Assembly (NCBI GenBank): GCA_035266345.1
Contig: DATFNP010000042.1
Location: 9,660 to 73,659, forward strand
Direction of reading: 5' to 3'
Length of the DNA stretch: 64,000 bases
Source: Candidatus Sulfotelmatobacter sp.
GTDB lineage: Bacteria > Acidobacteriota > Terriglobia > Terriglobales > Acidobacteriaceae
Within the stretch, counting starts at the first letter, position 1. Every line of letters starts with the position of its first letter. Shown here piece after piece: positions 42,815 to 51,335 of this stretch. Below the pieces are notes generated by a model that worked only from the letters and a program-made list of their open reading frames with translations, was not told the origin of the DNA and made no database searches. The position numbers and the translations under genes were made by a program.

Positions 42815-45517
42815 TCAAGCTCTCTCCAGCTGGGCATACTTCTCCACCAGCTTCTTTAATCCGAAGCGAGGGAATTGTACCGTAATCTTGGCTTCTTCGC
42901 CTTCTCCTTCGCGCTGGTAGACCGTGCCTTCGCCATATTTGGGGTGGCGGACTTTCTGTCCGGGGCGGAAACCGCGCTTGCCGGTCGGTTCTTCGACCGG
43001 GGCTTTGGGGACGTTGAACTTCTTGCCGCGGCTGGCGAAGAACTCGGCGATGTTCTCGATGGAGTTGTAGGGACGGGCCGCGGGCGTGGGTTTTGGGCGG
43101 CTTGGCGTTGCGGGCGTTCCGTGACCATGCCATGTGGCGCTTTGGTCTTCGTCTTCGTAGGAGTAGTGGGTGCTCCCGGCGTCATCGTACGCCGCGGGGC
43201 TTCCCCCCGCCGGACGGGCAGGAGTGCCCGTCCCCACATGGGCTGTCCCCACACGAGAAGTGCTGCTACGCCGCGTTCCCAGTTCTTCGATCAGCGCTCC
43301 GGGGACCTCTTCCAGGAAGCGCGACGGAACGCTGGCTTCGGGCAGATCGGTGCCGTAGCGGCGCCGGTAGACCGCGCGGGTGAGGATTAACTGGTCCATG
43401 GCGCGCGTCATACCGACGTAGCAGAGGCGGCGCTCTTCTTCAATGTCTTCGGGGACGAGCATGGTGCGGGAGTGCGGGAACAGGCCCTCTTCGAGGCCGC
43501 TGAGAAAGACGAGGGGGAACTCCAGACCCTTGGCGGCGTGCAGGCTCATGAGCGTGATCTGGGCACGCTCGTCGTAATCGTCGGTGTCGGCGACGAGGGC
43601 AGCGTGGTCGAGGAACTGGTCGAGGGTTTCGGCGCGGTCGCGCGAGTCCATGGCGGCGTTGACCAGTTCGCGCAGGTTCTCGATGCGGGAGAAGGACTCG
43701 GGCGTGTCTTCGTCTTCGAGCAGCTTGATGTAGCCGGTGCGGTCAATGAGGAATTTGAGCAGGTCGGCGGTGCTCACCATAGGATTGGGAAAGGAGCCGG
43801 CGGAAGATGGTTGGTCCGCCACATTCGGTTCCTCTGGGACTTTTGCCTCAGTGGCGCCGAAGTCGAACGAGAAGTTGCCGAATTCGGTGGGATCAAAAGC
43901 CGTGCCGTCTTCGGGTTGTGAGTCGTGGCCGGATGCTTGGTCTCCGGCCTCCGCGACTGGCTCCGGTCTTTCCTCTCCTGATTCTGTAACTGCGCCAACA
44001 TTCGAGGGCGAGGGAGCCCGCGCCACACTTTGGTCCAGTTGCTCTTCGAAGGTTCCTGCCTGCATGGCTCTCGCGTCTTCGATCAACTGCTGAAAAGTCT
44101 TTAGCGACGCCAGCGCTCGCGGTGGTAAAAGCTGGCGGCGGATGGCTTCTCCGATTGCTCCCCACAAACTCAGGCCGGTTTCGAGCGCCAGGCGTTCCAG
44201 GGTGTCAATCGTGCCTTTGCCGATGCCGCGGGTTGGCGTGTTGATCACACGCAGCAGGGAAATCGAATCGTCCGGATTCAGAATGACTTTGAGATACGAG
44301 ATCATGTCCTTGATCTCAGCGCGCTCGTAGAAAGAGAATCCGCCGACCACGTGATACTTCAGGCCGTAGCGGCGCATGGCTTCTTCAAACAGACGCGACT
44401 GCGAATTGGTGCGGTAGAGCACCGCCGCCCGCGGGTTTTCGCCGCGCTCGACCGCCTCGCGAGCGTACCGCGCAATCCAGTCGGCGGCAAACAGAGCTTC
44501 GTTTTCTCCGTCGGGCGCTTCGTAGTAGCCGATCCTGGTGCCGCCCTGGCGTGAGGTCCACAGGTTCTTGCCTTTGCGGCGGATGTTGTTCGCGACCACA
44601 GCCGACGCGGCCTGCAGAATGTTTTGCGTCGAACGATAGTTCTGCTCAAGGCGGATGATTTTCGCTTCCGGGAAATCCTGCTCAAACTCAAGAATGTTGC
44701 GGATGTCGGCGCCGCGCCAGGAGTAAATGGACTGGTCTTCATCGCCGACGGCGCAAACATTGTGGCGCTCGCCGGCCAGCATGCGCATGAGTTCGTACTG
44801 CGGGCGGTTCGTGTCCTGGTATTCGTCAATGAGCAAATATTGGAAGCGGCGGTTGTAATACTCGCGCACCGGCGCGGCGGACTTCAGCAGGCGCACGGCT
44901 TCGAGCAGCAGGTCGTCGAAGTCGAGTGCGTTGGCCTTGCGCAACTCTTTGCGGTATTCCTCGTATAGGTGGGCGATTCTTTCTGTCTTGGGATCAGCCG
45001 ATTGCAGGTAAAGTTCCTGCGGATCGAGCATGTGATTTTTCGCCCATGAGATTCGCGAGAGCACGGTGCGCGGCGTGAGTTGCTTGTCGTCAAGGCCGAG
45101 CCGCTTCATCACCGACTTGACCACGGATTGCTGGTCGCTTTCGTCATAGATGACGAAGTTCTTCGTATGGCCGATGGGCGGCTGACCGGGCGTAGTGGAC
45201 GGAATTCGCAGGGCTTCAATATCGCGCCGCAGCACGCGCACGCAAAAAGAATGAAACGTCGAGATGACAGGCTTGGCGATGCACAGCCCGCCGACCAGCT
45301 TTTCCACCCGCTCACCCATCTCGGCGGCGGCTTTGTTCGTGAACGTCATCGCCAGAATGGATTCCGGCATCACGCCCTTGTGCTCGATCAGATAGGCGAT
45401 GCGGTAGGTGATGACCCGCGTCTTACCGCTGCCCGCTCCGGCAAGGATCAGCACCGGGCCTTCGGTGGTTTCGACGGCCTCGCGCTGCTGCGGGTTCAGT
45501 TGGTCGAGAAAAGACAA
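42815..45517 (-). CDS. pcrA: ATP-dependent DNA helicase, UvrD/PcrA family
   Basis: LNPQQREAV, AGAGSGKTRV (Walker A), LLIDEYQDTN, VGDEDQSIYSWRGA, C-terminal helicase motifs. Confidence 0.95.
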   Translation of the reverse strand: MSFLDQLNPQQREAVETTEGPVLILAGAGSGKTRVITYRIAYLIEHKGVMPESILAMTFTNKAAAEMGERVEKLVGGLCIAKPVISTFHSFCVRVLRRDIEALRIPSTTPGQPPIGHTKNFVIYDESDQQSVVKSVMKRLGLDDKQLTPRTVLSRISWAKNHMLDPQELYLQSADPKTERIAHLYEEYRKELRKANALDFDDLLLEAVRLLKSAAPVREYYNRRFQYLLIDEYQDTNRPQYELMRMLAGERHNVCAVGDEDQSIYSWRGADIRNILEFEQDFPEAKIIRLEQNYRSTQNILQAASAVVANNIRRKGKNLWTSRQGGTRIGYYEAPDGENEALFAADWIARYAREAVERGENPRAAVLYRTNSQSRLFEEAMRRYGLKYHVVGGFSFYERAEIKDMISYLKVILNPDDSISLLRVINTPTRGIGKGTIDTLERLALETGLSLWGAIGEAIRRQLLPPRALASLKTFQQLIEDARAMQAGTFEEQLDQSVARAPSPSNVGAVTESGEERPEPVAEAGDQASGHDSQPEDGTAFDPTEFGNFSFDFGATEAKVPEEPNVADQPSSAGSFPNPMVSTADLLKFLIDRTGYIKLLEDEDTPESFSRIENLRELVNAAMDSRDRAETLDQFLDHAALVADTDDYDERAQITLMSLHAAKGLEFPLVFLSGLEEGLFPHSRTMLVPEDIEEERRLCYVGMTRAMDQLILTRAVYRRRYGTDLPEASVPSRFLEEVPGALIEELGTRRSSTSRVGTAHVGTGTPARPAGGSPAAYDDAGSTHYSYEDEDQSATWHGHGTPATPSRPKPTPAARPYNSIENIAEFFASRGKKFNVPKAPVEEPTGKRGFRPGQKVRHPKYGEGTVYQREGEGEEAKITVQFPRFGLKKLVEKYAQLERA

Positions 45518-45657
45518 TGCGGAAGTGGCTCCAGAGCTGATGATTGGATTTTACAGTGGATGCGCGTCGTCCGGGAGAATGACGATCTCCCGATGCGCCA
45601 CTTTCAGCATCGAAAAAGCAAAATAGGTCATCCAGGGCGGGGCGTCGCTCACATGCT

Positions 45658-46152
45658 TCACGAAGACTCGGATGACCCGAGTGGTCTGTCCTTCTGGAAA
45701 CCATCCTTGAACGTCGTGCTAAATCGTTGCCGTTTGAAATCGTAGTCGTTTACAGACGTGTACGTTTTTCCGGAAATGTCTCGGTAACCACACCGGTCTG
45801 CTACTTTTCCCGTGGCGCTCTGCGCCGCGCCATCCGTAAGAGTTCTGTGCCCAAAAACCCCGATTAGCTCTTCGGAATCTTTATCCACCTCGATGCAGGT
45901 AATCTTACCGGTTTCGTTAACACCCGTGACGACCCACTCAATATCGAAAGCCGGCCCCTTACCAACATTCCTGAGGTGGGGAAATGCCTCGGCGCCGTTT
46001 CCGTTAACTGCAATTATGGCTGGTTTGAAAGTTGCCTCGGCAATTCGCTTCGTGTAGATGACATAAATAATTAGGGAGACCAGCCCGGCCATACCCACAG
46101 CTAGCTGAATCCAATCCGTGAGAGAGTTAGACAATGTCATGACACCTACCAT
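45658..46152 (-). CDS. Hypothetical protein with N-terminal TM anchor
   Basis: 164-aa ORF. IQLAVGMAGLVSLIIYVIY is a hydrophobic segment. No family recognised. Confidence 0.5.
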   Translation of the reverse strand: MVGVMTLSNSLTDWIQLAVGMAGLVSLIIYVIYTKRIAEATFKPAIIAVNGNGAEAFPHLRNVGKGPAFDIEWVVTGVNETGKITCIEVDKDSEELIGVFGHRTLTDGAAQSATGKVADRCGYRDISGKTYTSVNDYDFKRQRFSTTFKDGFQKDRPLGSSESS

Positions 46153-46320
46153 GCGCCGCAGTGGGGTGGAGTGGCAAGGGCTTAAGCAAAGCTATCGAGT
46201 GCTACCCAACAGCCGCTCGCCGAGCCCATCCGCTTCGCTTCCCGTTTTGGATTATCATAAGTTCGTTTGCGACCTGCGACTGTGATTTATTTCTCCTGAT
46301 CGCGGCTACACTCGTAGGCA

Positions 46321-46392
46321 GGGCCCGTGGTGTAACGGCAACACAGCACCCTGCGACGGTCGCAGATGCGGGTTCGAATCCCGCCGGGTCCA
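46321..46392 (+). tRNA. tRNA, probable Arg (anticodon GCG), with an irregular anticodon stem (1-nt bulge)
   Basis: Acceptor GGGCCCG/CGGGTCC. D arm GTGT-AACGGCA-ACAC. T arm GCGGG-TTCGAAT-CCCGC. Anticodon loop CTGCGAC with U33 and A37. Stem GCACC/GGT(C)GC needs a bulged C. Confidence 0.65.
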
Positions 46393-46547
46393 CGCTCCCA
46401 CTTTCGGGGCGCGGGTTCTGTGGGGAGCAAAGCAGGGATAGCTTCCCTACAAAAGTAACTTGACTGCAGATTTGGGTGACCTATACTAAGAGTGTCGCAG
46501 GGTGCTGTAGATGCCCAGATTTGATTGGCCCCGAGGAATCGGGGCCT

Positions 46548-46943
46548 TTACACTTTTGGACCCACTCTCGCCGCCTTGCACTCCTCACACGAGCAGACTT
46601 CCCGCAGGAACCGCCAGGAGTAGATCCCCAAATCGTGGTTGTCGTTCCAGGAGAACTTGATGGCGTACTTGCCGACGGCTTCGGCCGAAAGCGGCCTGGC
46701 CGCGGGCTTGAACATGGGGAGCACTCCGGGCGCGGGTTTGGGCGGTTCGCCGGCCCGCCGGCCGGCTTTGGCCCGCTCTTCTTCGCACATGGCGCAGGGA
46801 CACGCATCGCGCAGATAAACGAAGTCGTAGTGCGAAACGTGGCCGTCATTCCATTCGATGTCAACGCCCGTGCCGGTGGTGAGATTCACCTTGACGGACT
46901 TGGGATCGGTGGCTGCGGTGGGCGACTGGAGCGGGGACTGCAT
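46548..46943 (-). CDS. DUF971-family protein (gamma-butyrobetaine hydroxylase-like N-terminal domain)
   Basis: VDIEWNDGHVSHYDFVYLRDACPCAMC ... YAIKFSWNDNHDLGIYSWRFLR. Confidence 0.8.
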   Translation of the reverse strand: MQSPLQSPTAATDPKSVKVNLTTGTGVDIEWNDGHVSHYDFVYLRDACPCAMCEEERAKAGRRAGEPPKPAPGVLPMFKPAARPLSAEAVGKYAIKFSWNDNHDLGIYSWRFLREVCSCEECKAARVGPKV

Positions 46944-47032
46944 GATCTCAGTATCGCATAGGGACGAGGCCGCCCTTATGCGGTCGTGGTGTTCCTGGGG
47001 GTCCGATCCATGCGGGGACGGAATGCCGGCGG

Positions 47033-47173
47033 TTAGCGGCTTGTACTTGAAGACGTGCTAGACGAACTGCTGCGGCCTGTGATGACTCCTACCGCCAAGC
47101 CGCCGAGCACTCCGGCCAGGATGCCAATTACCGCCAGCATCGCCACATTATCCAAGATTGAGTTCTTGTTCAT
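47033..47173 (-). CDS. Possible small membrane protein (46 aa)
   Basis: MNKNSILDNVAMLAVIGILAGVLGGLAVGVITGRSSSSSTSSSTSR. Below the ORF-track cutoff. No homology evidence. Confidence 0.3.
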   Translation of the reverse strand: MNKNSILDNVAMLAVIGILAGVLGGLAVGVITGRSSSSSTSSSTSR

Positions 47174-47335
47174 CGTAGGTCTTGTCCTGAGATCTTGCAG
47201 ATTGCAGTGTAGATGCAGGCCACGCAGATCGGCAAACCCGCTACATTCAATCGAAGCACCGGGATTGGCGGAACGAATGCCTCTCCTGTAGAATAGTGGT
47301 TTGCGATAAAGCCTTCAAGAGGATCTGGAACAGTC

Positions 47336-47524
47336 ATGGCACAACAATGTGATATCTGCGGCAAGAAGCCGCAAGCGGGAAACCGCATCAGCCACGCCCA
47401 CAACGTGACCAAACGGCGCTGGAACATCAACCTGCGTCCGGTGCATGCCAGGGTCAAGGGACAGGGCAAGCGCATCCGCGTGTGCACGTCCTGCCTGCGC
47501 AGCGGCAAAGTCGTTAAAGCGTAA
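47336..47524 (+). CDS. rpmB: 50S ribosomal protein L28
   Basis: CDICGKKPQAGNRISHAHNVTKRRWNINL matches the L28 pattern. Confidence 0.95.
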   Translation: MAQQCDICGKKPQAGNRISHAHNVTKRRWNINLRPVHARVKGQGKRIRVCTSCLRSGKVVKA

Positions 47525-47596
47525 GCACTTAACAGCAAACGGCGAGTTTCACAGCGGCTCTCGCGGTCGCTGCTCTCCGTCTTTGTTTCCCTGCGG

Positions 47597-48076
47597 TTAT
47601 GGTTTGTCTTCCTGCACGGCGAGCAACTGCACGTCGAAGATCAGTGTGGCGTTAGGCGGGATGATCGTCTTGTAGCCGGCCTCGCCGTAGGCCAACTCTG
47701 GCGGGATGCGCAGCTGCCGCTTGCCGCCCACTTTCATGCCGGTCACGCCTTCGTCCCATCCTTTGATGACTTCGCCTTTGCCCAGCGTGAAATCGTAGGG
47801 CTGGTGCGCGTCCACGGAACTATCGAATTTCTTGCCCGTCGTGAACCAGCCGGTGTAGTGGACTTTGACGTGGTCGCCGTCTTTCGCAATCTCGCCGGTG
47901 CCGACCTTGATGTCCCAGTACTGCAGGCCGGAGTCGGTTTTCACTCCGTCGCCCGTGACTTTGGTCGGGGCGTTGGTGTTCAGAACAACCTGCACGCGTT
48001 TGTGCGCGGGCGTTTGCGCGTAGAGGATTGCGCATGTAAGAACCAGAACTGCAGCTACGGTCAGACTCTTTGTCAT
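47597..48076 (-). CDS. FKBP-type peptidyl-prolyl cis-trans isomerase (secreted)
   Basis: VHYTGWFTTGKKFDSS, FTLGKGEVIKGWDEG, IPPNATLIFDVQLL. Confidence 0.92.
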   Translation of the reverse strand: MTKSLTVAAVLVLTCAILYAQTPAHKRVQVVLNTNAPTKVTGDGVKTDSGLQYWDIKVGTGEIAKDGDHVKVHYTGWFTTGKKFDSSVDAHQPYDFTLGKGEVIKGWDEGVTGMKVGGKRQLRIPPELAYGEAGYKTIIPPNATLIFDVQLLAVQEDKP

Positions 48077-48098
48077 GTAGCTTCCCTGAACAAGTCTT

Positions 48099-48167
48099 AA
48101 CCACAGAGGGCACAGAGGAACACAGAGACTTCAGGTTCCTCTGTGCTTCCCTGTGTCCTCTGTGGTT
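48099..48167. repeat. CACAGAGG-type periodic repeat forming a ~30-nt-arm imperfect hairpin
   Basis: AACCACAGAGGGCACAGAGGAACACAGAG (48099-48127) versus the inverted GTTCCTCTGTGCTTCCCTGTGTCCTCTGTGGTT (48135-48167). Confidence 0.75.
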
Positions 48168-48178
48168 GAGGTTCTTGC

Positions 48179-48556
48179 TTACGCCAGCGCGATGACGTCA
48201 ATTTCCACGAGCACATCTTTCGGAAGGCGGGCTACTTCGACCGTGGAACGCGCCGGGGGCGTCGTGCTGAAGTACTTGCCATAGACTGCGTTCATGGCAG
48301 CGAAGTCGTTCATGTTCTTGAGAAATACGCTCGAACGTACGACTTTGCCCAGGCCGCTTCCGGCCGCTTCAAGAATCGCTGACAGATTGCGCAGAACGCG
48401 GTCGGTCTGCGCGGCCACGTCGCCCGCGATCACCTGTTGGGTTGCGGGATCGATTGCTATTTGTCCCGAAGTGAAAATGAATCCGTTGGCTTTGATAGCC
48501 TGCGAGTAGGGGCCGATAGCCTGGGGGGCGTCTTTGGTGGAGATGACTTCGCGCAT
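48179..48556 (-). CDS. ridA: RidA-family reactive intermediate deaminase
   Basis: [28 protein letters not shown]. Start at the internal Met (MREVIST). The upstream ORF extension runs through a repeat. Confidence 0.92.
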   Translation of the reverse strand: MREVISTKDAPQAIGPYSQAIKANGFIFTSGQIAIDPATQQVIAGDVAAQTDRVLRNLSAILEAAGSGLGKVVRSSVFLKNMNDFAAMNAVYGKYFSTTPPARSTVEVARLPKDVLVEIDVIALA

Positions 48557-48664
48557 GAGAGCAGTGGTCAGTTGCCAGTGGTCAGTGGCCAGCAAAACAT
48601 AACCACAGAGGGCACAGAGTAACACAGAGGTACGACCAATTCACAGGCGCTCATTCGGATTTTA

Positions 48665-48801
48665 CTAGAGCGTGTTTCAAAAATGCCTTTCAGTTCGGAC
48701 AGCTCATCCCTCAGGGGCTAAAAGCCCGCACTTTTGTTGGCCCATGGCGGCACGGCTGAAGCCGTGCCCTACCCAAAACCTATTTTTGAAACACGCTCTA
48801 G
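48665..48801. repeat. MITE-like 137-bp element with perfect 20-bp terminal inverted repeats
   Basis: CTAGAGCGTGTTTCAAAAAT (48665-48684) is the exact reverse complement of 48782-48801. Internal hairpin GGCACGGC-TGAA-GCCGTGCC at 48749-48768. Confidence 0.55.
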
Positions 48802-48832
48802 CCACTGACCACTGATCACTGGCCACTGCTCT

Positions 48833-51052
48833 TCAGATTCTCTGCAGTCTCTGCACTTCGTGCACGCCGGGGATTTTTCGCAGGCCGGCGATGATCTGTT
48901 CCATGTGCTTCAGATCGGCGATGTCGAGCACTACTTCAACGCTGGCCTGGCTGTTGGAGGTGTGCGCGGTGATATTGCGGATATTGCTCTTGGCGTCGCC
49001 GATCACTCCCGTAATGCTCTTCAGCATGCCGAAGCGGTCGTCGCAGAAAACAGTCAGTTTTACTGGGTAGGCGGTCGGAGTGCTCTCGTCGCGGGCCCAC
49101 TCCACATCAATGCGGCGCTCGGGTTCATAGAGAAGATTGGTTACGTTGGGGCAGTTGACTGAGTGCACGGCCACACCCTTGCCCCGGGTGATGTAGCCGA
49201 CGACGCCTTCGCCGCGGATGGGATTGCAGCATCGCGCGCGGTAGACCAGCATGTCGTCCTGGCCCCGGACGGTGATGGCGTTGTGATCGCCGAACACCCG
49301 CCGCACCACGCTGGCGATGCCGCCGGGCTGCGAGGTCAGGCCCTCGGCCTCGATGTCGCCCGAGATCGAGGGCGTCGCTCCGGCGGGCAGCAAGCGGGCT
49401 AGCACCTGCCGCGCCGAATATTTTCCGTAGCCGATCCCGGACATGAGATCGTCGGCCCTGCCCAGGCCGTAACCGGAGGCCACCTTCTGCAGTTCTTCGT
49501 CTTTGATTTCTTTGAGCGCGATGCGGTATTTGCGCGCTTCTTTCTCGATCAGTTTGCGGCCGATTTCAATGGCGCGCTCGCGCTGGTGCACATTGAGCCA
49601 GTGCTTGATTTTGTTGCGCGAACGTGAAGACTTGACCACGCCGAGCCAGTCGCGGCTGGGCTTATGACCGGGCTGGGTGAGAATTTCGACAATATCCCCG
49701 GAATGCAGCTTATGGCGCAGCGGCACCATGCGTCCGTTGACCTTGGCGCCGACGCAGGTGTGGCCGACTTCGGTGTGAATGGTGTAGGCGAAGTCTATGG
49801 GCGTGGCCTCGCGCGGCAGCACGACGACTTTGCCTTTCGGCGTGAAGGTGTAAACCTCTTCGGGATAGAGATCCACCTTCAGAGTGGAGAGAAATTCGTT
49901 CGGATCGCTGACGTCACGCTGCCACTCGACCACCTGGCGCAACCAGGCCAGGCGCTGCTCGTCTTGGGCCGACACCGGGCCGTCTTTGTATTTCCAGTGG
50001 GCGGCGATGCCCTCTTCCGCCATTTTGTGCATGTCCTCGGTGCGGATCTGGATTTCAAAGGGCGTGCCATCGTCGGTGATCACCGAGGTGTGCAGCGACT
50101 GGTAGAAGTTGGGTCGCGGCATGGCGATGAAATCCTTGATGCGTCCCGGCACCGGCCGCCACAGGTTGTGGATGATGCCAAGAACCGCGTAGCAGTCCGG
50201 CAGCGAGCGCGTGATGACGCGCATGGCGCAAAGGTCGTAAACCTGATCCGCGGCGATGTGCTGGCGTTGCAGCTTTTTATGGATGCTGAAGAGGCGTTTA
50301 ATGCGGCTTTCGACGCGCGCCTGGATTCCAGCCTCCTTCAGCTTGTCCGTGATCGTCTGCTGCATTTTGGCGAGGAAGACCTCGCCCTGCTTGCGGCGGG
50401 CATTGACGGATTTTTCCACCTGCTCGTAGCCGAGGGGATCGAGGAAGCGGAAGCCCAGGTCTTCCAGTTCCCCGCGAATCTTGCCCATGCCGAGGCGGTG
50501 GGCGATGGGGGCGTAAATTTCCAGCGTTTCTTCGGCGATCTTGTGCTGGCGGTCGGGCGGCAGATGCTCCAGCGTGCGCATGTTGTGCAGGCGGTCGGCG
50601 AGTTTGATGAGGACCACGCGGATGTCGTCCACCATGGCCAGCATCATCTTGCGCAGGTTTTCGGCCTGCTGCTCTTCGCGGGTGGCAAAGTCTATCTTGC
50701 TGATCTTGGTGACGCCTTCGACGATGTGGGCGACCTGCTCGCCAAACTCCTTGCGGATGTCAACGATGGTGACCGAGGTGTCTTCGACGGAATCGTGCAG
50801 CAACCCGGCGGCAATGGCGACCGGGTCCATCTTCATTTCGGCCAGCACCAGCGCAACTTCCAGCGGGTGAACGAGATAGGGCTCGCCGGACGCCCGCGTC
50901 TGACCTTCGTGGTATTTCAGGGAAAAATCGTAGGCCTTCTTGACGATGGTCAGGTCGTCCTGGGGACGGTTCGCCTGCAACCGCTTCATCAGGTCGCGGA
51001 ACTTGGTCAGGGTGAGAGCGGTGGTAGCGATCTGTTGGCGCAAGCTCGCCAT
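48833..51052 (-). CDS. relA: Bifunctional (p)ppGpp synthetase/hydrolase RelA/SpoT family
   Basis: HD-domain HPLEVA..LHDSVED, synthetase RIKDFIAMPRPNFYQSLHT, TGS and ACT regions. Confidence 0.95.
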   Translation of the reverse strand: MASLRQQIATTALTLTKFRDLMKRLQANRPQDDLTIVKKAYDFSLKYHEGQTRASGEPYLVHPLEVALVLAEMKMDPVAIAAGLLHDSVEDTSVTIVDIRKEFGEQVAHIVEGVTKISKIDFATREEQQAENLRKMMLAMVDDIRVVLIKLADRLHNMRTLEHLPPDRQHKIAEETLEIYAPIAHRLGMGKIRGELEDLGFRFLDPLGYEQVEKSVNARRKQGEVFLAKMQQTITDKLKEAGIQARVESRIKRLFSIHKKLQRQHIAADQVYDLCAMRVITRSLPDCYAVLGIIHNLWRPVPGRIKDFIAMPRPNFYQSLHTSVITDDGTPFEIQIRTEDMHKMAEEGIAAHWKYKDGPVSAQDEQRLAWLRQVVEWQRDVSDPNEFLSTLKVDLYPEEVYTFTPKGKVVVLPREATPIDFAYTIHTEVGHTCVGAKVNGRMVPLRHKLHSGDIVEILTQPGHKPSRDWLGVVKSSRSRNKIKHWLNVHQRERAIEIGRKLIEKEARKYRIALKEIKDEELQKVASGYGLGRADDLMSGIGYGKYSARQVLARLLPAGATPSISGDIEAEGLTSQPGGIASVVRRVFGDHNAITVRGQDDMLVYRARCCNPIRGEGVVGYITRGKGVAVHSVNCPNVTNLLYEPERRIDVEWARDESTPTAYPVKLTVFCDDRFGMLKSITGVIGDAKSNIRNITAHTSNSQASVEVVLDIADLKHMEQIIAGLRKIPGVHEVQRLQRI

Positions 51053-51335
51053 GCAGGATTATAGCCCGCGAACAGCCCGGGAACGCGTGGGGAAACAAGC
51101 GTGGGCACGGGGCTCCTGCCTTGATTATAGCGTCGGACAGCACGACACAGGGAGCACTGCGCCCCGAAAAATAGGGACAGGCCGCTCTTGTGCGATGAGC
51201 AGGCCGGTGGACCCGCGCGGGAATAGTTGCCGGTTTCAAAAATTCCGCAACGAATTTTCAGGATGGGAAATTCGCTGCGGTTGCAGCCGTGAACAAAGTA
51301 TTCGCCTCCAGTTGCGATCTGGTAGAGTGAGCACG

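Noticed and set aside
47170-47538. 122-aa minus-strand ORF overlapping rpmB
   Set aside because: It is antisense to ribosomal protein L28, which is unambiguous.
49664-51064. 466-aa plus-strand ORF
   Set aside because: It is entirely antisense to the well-supported RelA/SpoT gene. Its composition is a low-complexity Gly/Val/Ala/Asp shadow typical of GC-rich DNA.
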